A stretch of 11,715 nucleotides of DNA from Eledone cirrhosa (lineage: Eukaryota). Each line of letters begins with the position of its first letter. Positions within the stretch are counted from its first letter, which is position 1. A program made the translations under genes and the position numbers. Shown here one piece after another: positions 10,443-11,715 of this stretch. Location: assembly GCA_964016885.1 (NCBI GenBank), contig CAXHJY010001540.1:1-11715 (forward strand), given 5' to 3'. A model generated the notes under the pieces. That model was not told the origin of the DNA. It made no database searches and was given only the letters and a program-made list of their open reading frames with translations.

Positions 10443-10510
10443 GGCGAGCGGCTTAGTGGTTAGTTCGTTCAGTTCACAAACGTAAGCACGTGGTTTCGAT
10501 TCTCAGCGTG
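10443..10510 (+). mobile_element. Degenerate tRNA-derived head (second SINE family or tRNA pseudogene)
   Basis: A-box-like CGGCTTAGTGGTTAG at 10449-10463 and B-box-like GGTTTCGATTC at 10492-10502, in tRNA-like spacing. No complete cloverleaf is evident. T-rich tract at ~10536-10563. Confidence 0.55.
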
Positions 10511-10665
10511 GTTTCGTCAGTGTCAGCTAAATATATTTTTCTCTTTTCTTTTTTTTTTTTTTTACTATGTGCCTTGTTTTATTACACTCAGATAGCAAAC
10601 ATGAAACAAACAAAACAAAAAAAAAACCCACCAACAACGTATAAAAAATTGTCCATTTATAAATA

Positions 10666-10704
10666 CTAGCAGAAAAACCACCTTACGGGTGGTTTTTCTG
10701 CTAG
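10666..10704. repeat. Perfect 17-bp inverted repeat (hairpin/cruciform) with 5-nt loop
   Basis: CTAGCAGAAAAACCACC (10666-10682), loop TTACG, GGTGGTTTTTCTGCTAG (10688-10704); the arms are exact reverse complements. Confidence 0.95.
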
Positions 10705-11218
10705 CATGTGTCGTGTGCATATTGAGATTATACACAAATATATATGCATGTAGGTACGATACATCAACTAAAATCGTAATTGAGAATATGCACAGAAATG
10801 GAAGAAAGACTGTGTTACATTCTCTTCTGTAATCAGTAAAGTAATCCATGATACATAAAAAAAAAAGACGATATTATATATAAACTGCATTAGGAGATAA
10901 TTAGTGACGGAAATATAAACCTTATATAACAATGCAAATGTATGAACGTTAATATAAGCAATGTGATATAGCATCTATTATATCATAATCGGAAGTATTG
11001 AGATTTGAAAATTTTAAAAGACGTGAATCTCCAAATAAGCAAAAAAAAAATGATTTATATTTAATCAAGAGTTACGAAATTTAGTAGATAAATTATGTAA
11101 TATTCATCCAACTTATTTTTACTAACGGGATAAAATAATATATTCAGTACTTAGTCCCGCAGTCCTCCATTTATTATAGTATGATAGAAAGATAATAGCT
11201 GGTAGATCTTTGACAATA

Positions 11219-11399
11219 TAATTGTTTCTACTTTTGGCACAAGGCAAGCAATTATCCAGTGTATTACTGGTACTTTATTTTATCGACTCCTGTAATGATG
11301 AAAGGCAAAGTTAGCCTCGGTGGGATTTGAACTCAGACCATAAAGGGCCGTAACTCTTTGCTGTAAAGCATGGCGTCAGACCCTCTACCGATACTGCTA
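11219..11399 (-). mobile_element. tRNA-derived SINE family A, near full-length copy
   Basis: Minus strand: A box TAGCAGTATCGG (11399-11388), B box GAGTTCAAATCCC (11334-11322), body GCCTTTCATC...GTCGATAAAATAAAGTACCAG, 3' end GCCTTGTGCCAAAAGTAGAAACAATT. Three further homologous copies occur in the window. Confidence 0.9.
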
Positions 11400-11413
11400 A
11401 TAATATTACACTT

Positions 11414-11490
11414 CCAATAATTGTTTCTAGTTTTGGCACAAGGCCAGCAATTACCCAATGCATTAGTGGTACTTTATTCTATCGACCCCG
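11414..11490 (-). mobile_element. SINE family A, 5'-truncated copy flanked by a 14-bp target-site duplication
   Basis: Homologous to 11219-11291. ATAATATTACACTT occurs at both 11400-11413 and 11491-11504. Confidence 0.88.
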
Positions 11491-11675
11491 ATAATATTAC
11501 ACTTTTCGTAGTTTTTTTAAAGACCAGCTTCAAAATATCTCCCCTCTCTCTCTCTATCTCTCTATCTATCTAAAAGGTGGGTGAATGTGGCAAAGATGGC
11601 CCGGGTGGTTGGGCCTTCTCTCTATATAAGCCTGTAGGTTGACGAAAAAGAGGAAGAGAGGAAGGGAGTACTCAC

Positions 11676-11715
11676 TCTTGGTGCTCCTGGAGATGAGGGT
11701 TGTACATTTTTTCGG
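11676..11715 (-). CDS. Candidate coding exon (runs off the window end) of an unidentified gene
   Basis: Minus strand CCGAAAAAATGTACAACCCTCATCTCCAGGAGCACCAAGA|GTGAGT, with a consensus intronic donor hexamer at 11675-11670. All three frames are open over the 40 visible nt. Confidence 0.4.

Noticed and set aside
11322-11399. Functional tRNA gene
   Set aside because: A and B boxes are present, but I find no acceptor or anticodon stems and the sequence continues into a repeated SINE body.
11598-11630. GGCCC/GGGCC mini-hairpin and TATATAAG as a plus-strand promoter or LTR TATA box
   Set aside because: These are short motifs in a TA-rich genome, with no LTR partner, initiator or downstream gene evidence in the window.

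Overview
Eukaryotic genomic DNA, largely intronic or intergenic and dominated by simple repeats: (TA)n, (CT/GA)n, (CA/TG)n, (TACA)n, (GAA)n, (AAT)n and (CCAA/CCAT)n. Composition and SINE type suggest a cephalopod (Octopus-like) genome, which is inference from recalled sequence, not a database result. Almost all supplied ORFs are translations of microsatellites. Between the repeats I can support: (i) four minus-strand copies of one tRNA-derived SINE in two long+short pairs, one short copy with a 14-bp target-site duplication; (ii) a decayed 3' fragment of an RTE-clade LINE whose tail runs into the (GAA)n array; (iii) the degenerate head of a second tRNA-derived SINE; (iv) a perfect 17-bp inverted repeat with CTAG ends resembling Helitron 3' termini; (v) several higher-order minisatellites; (vi) two candidate minus-strand exons (11715-11676, and 8849 downward) joined by a ~2.8-kb GT-AG intron, possibly the 3' end of an unidentified gene. 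I see no convincing novel multi-gene system and no CRISPR array, rRNA or intact tRNA.
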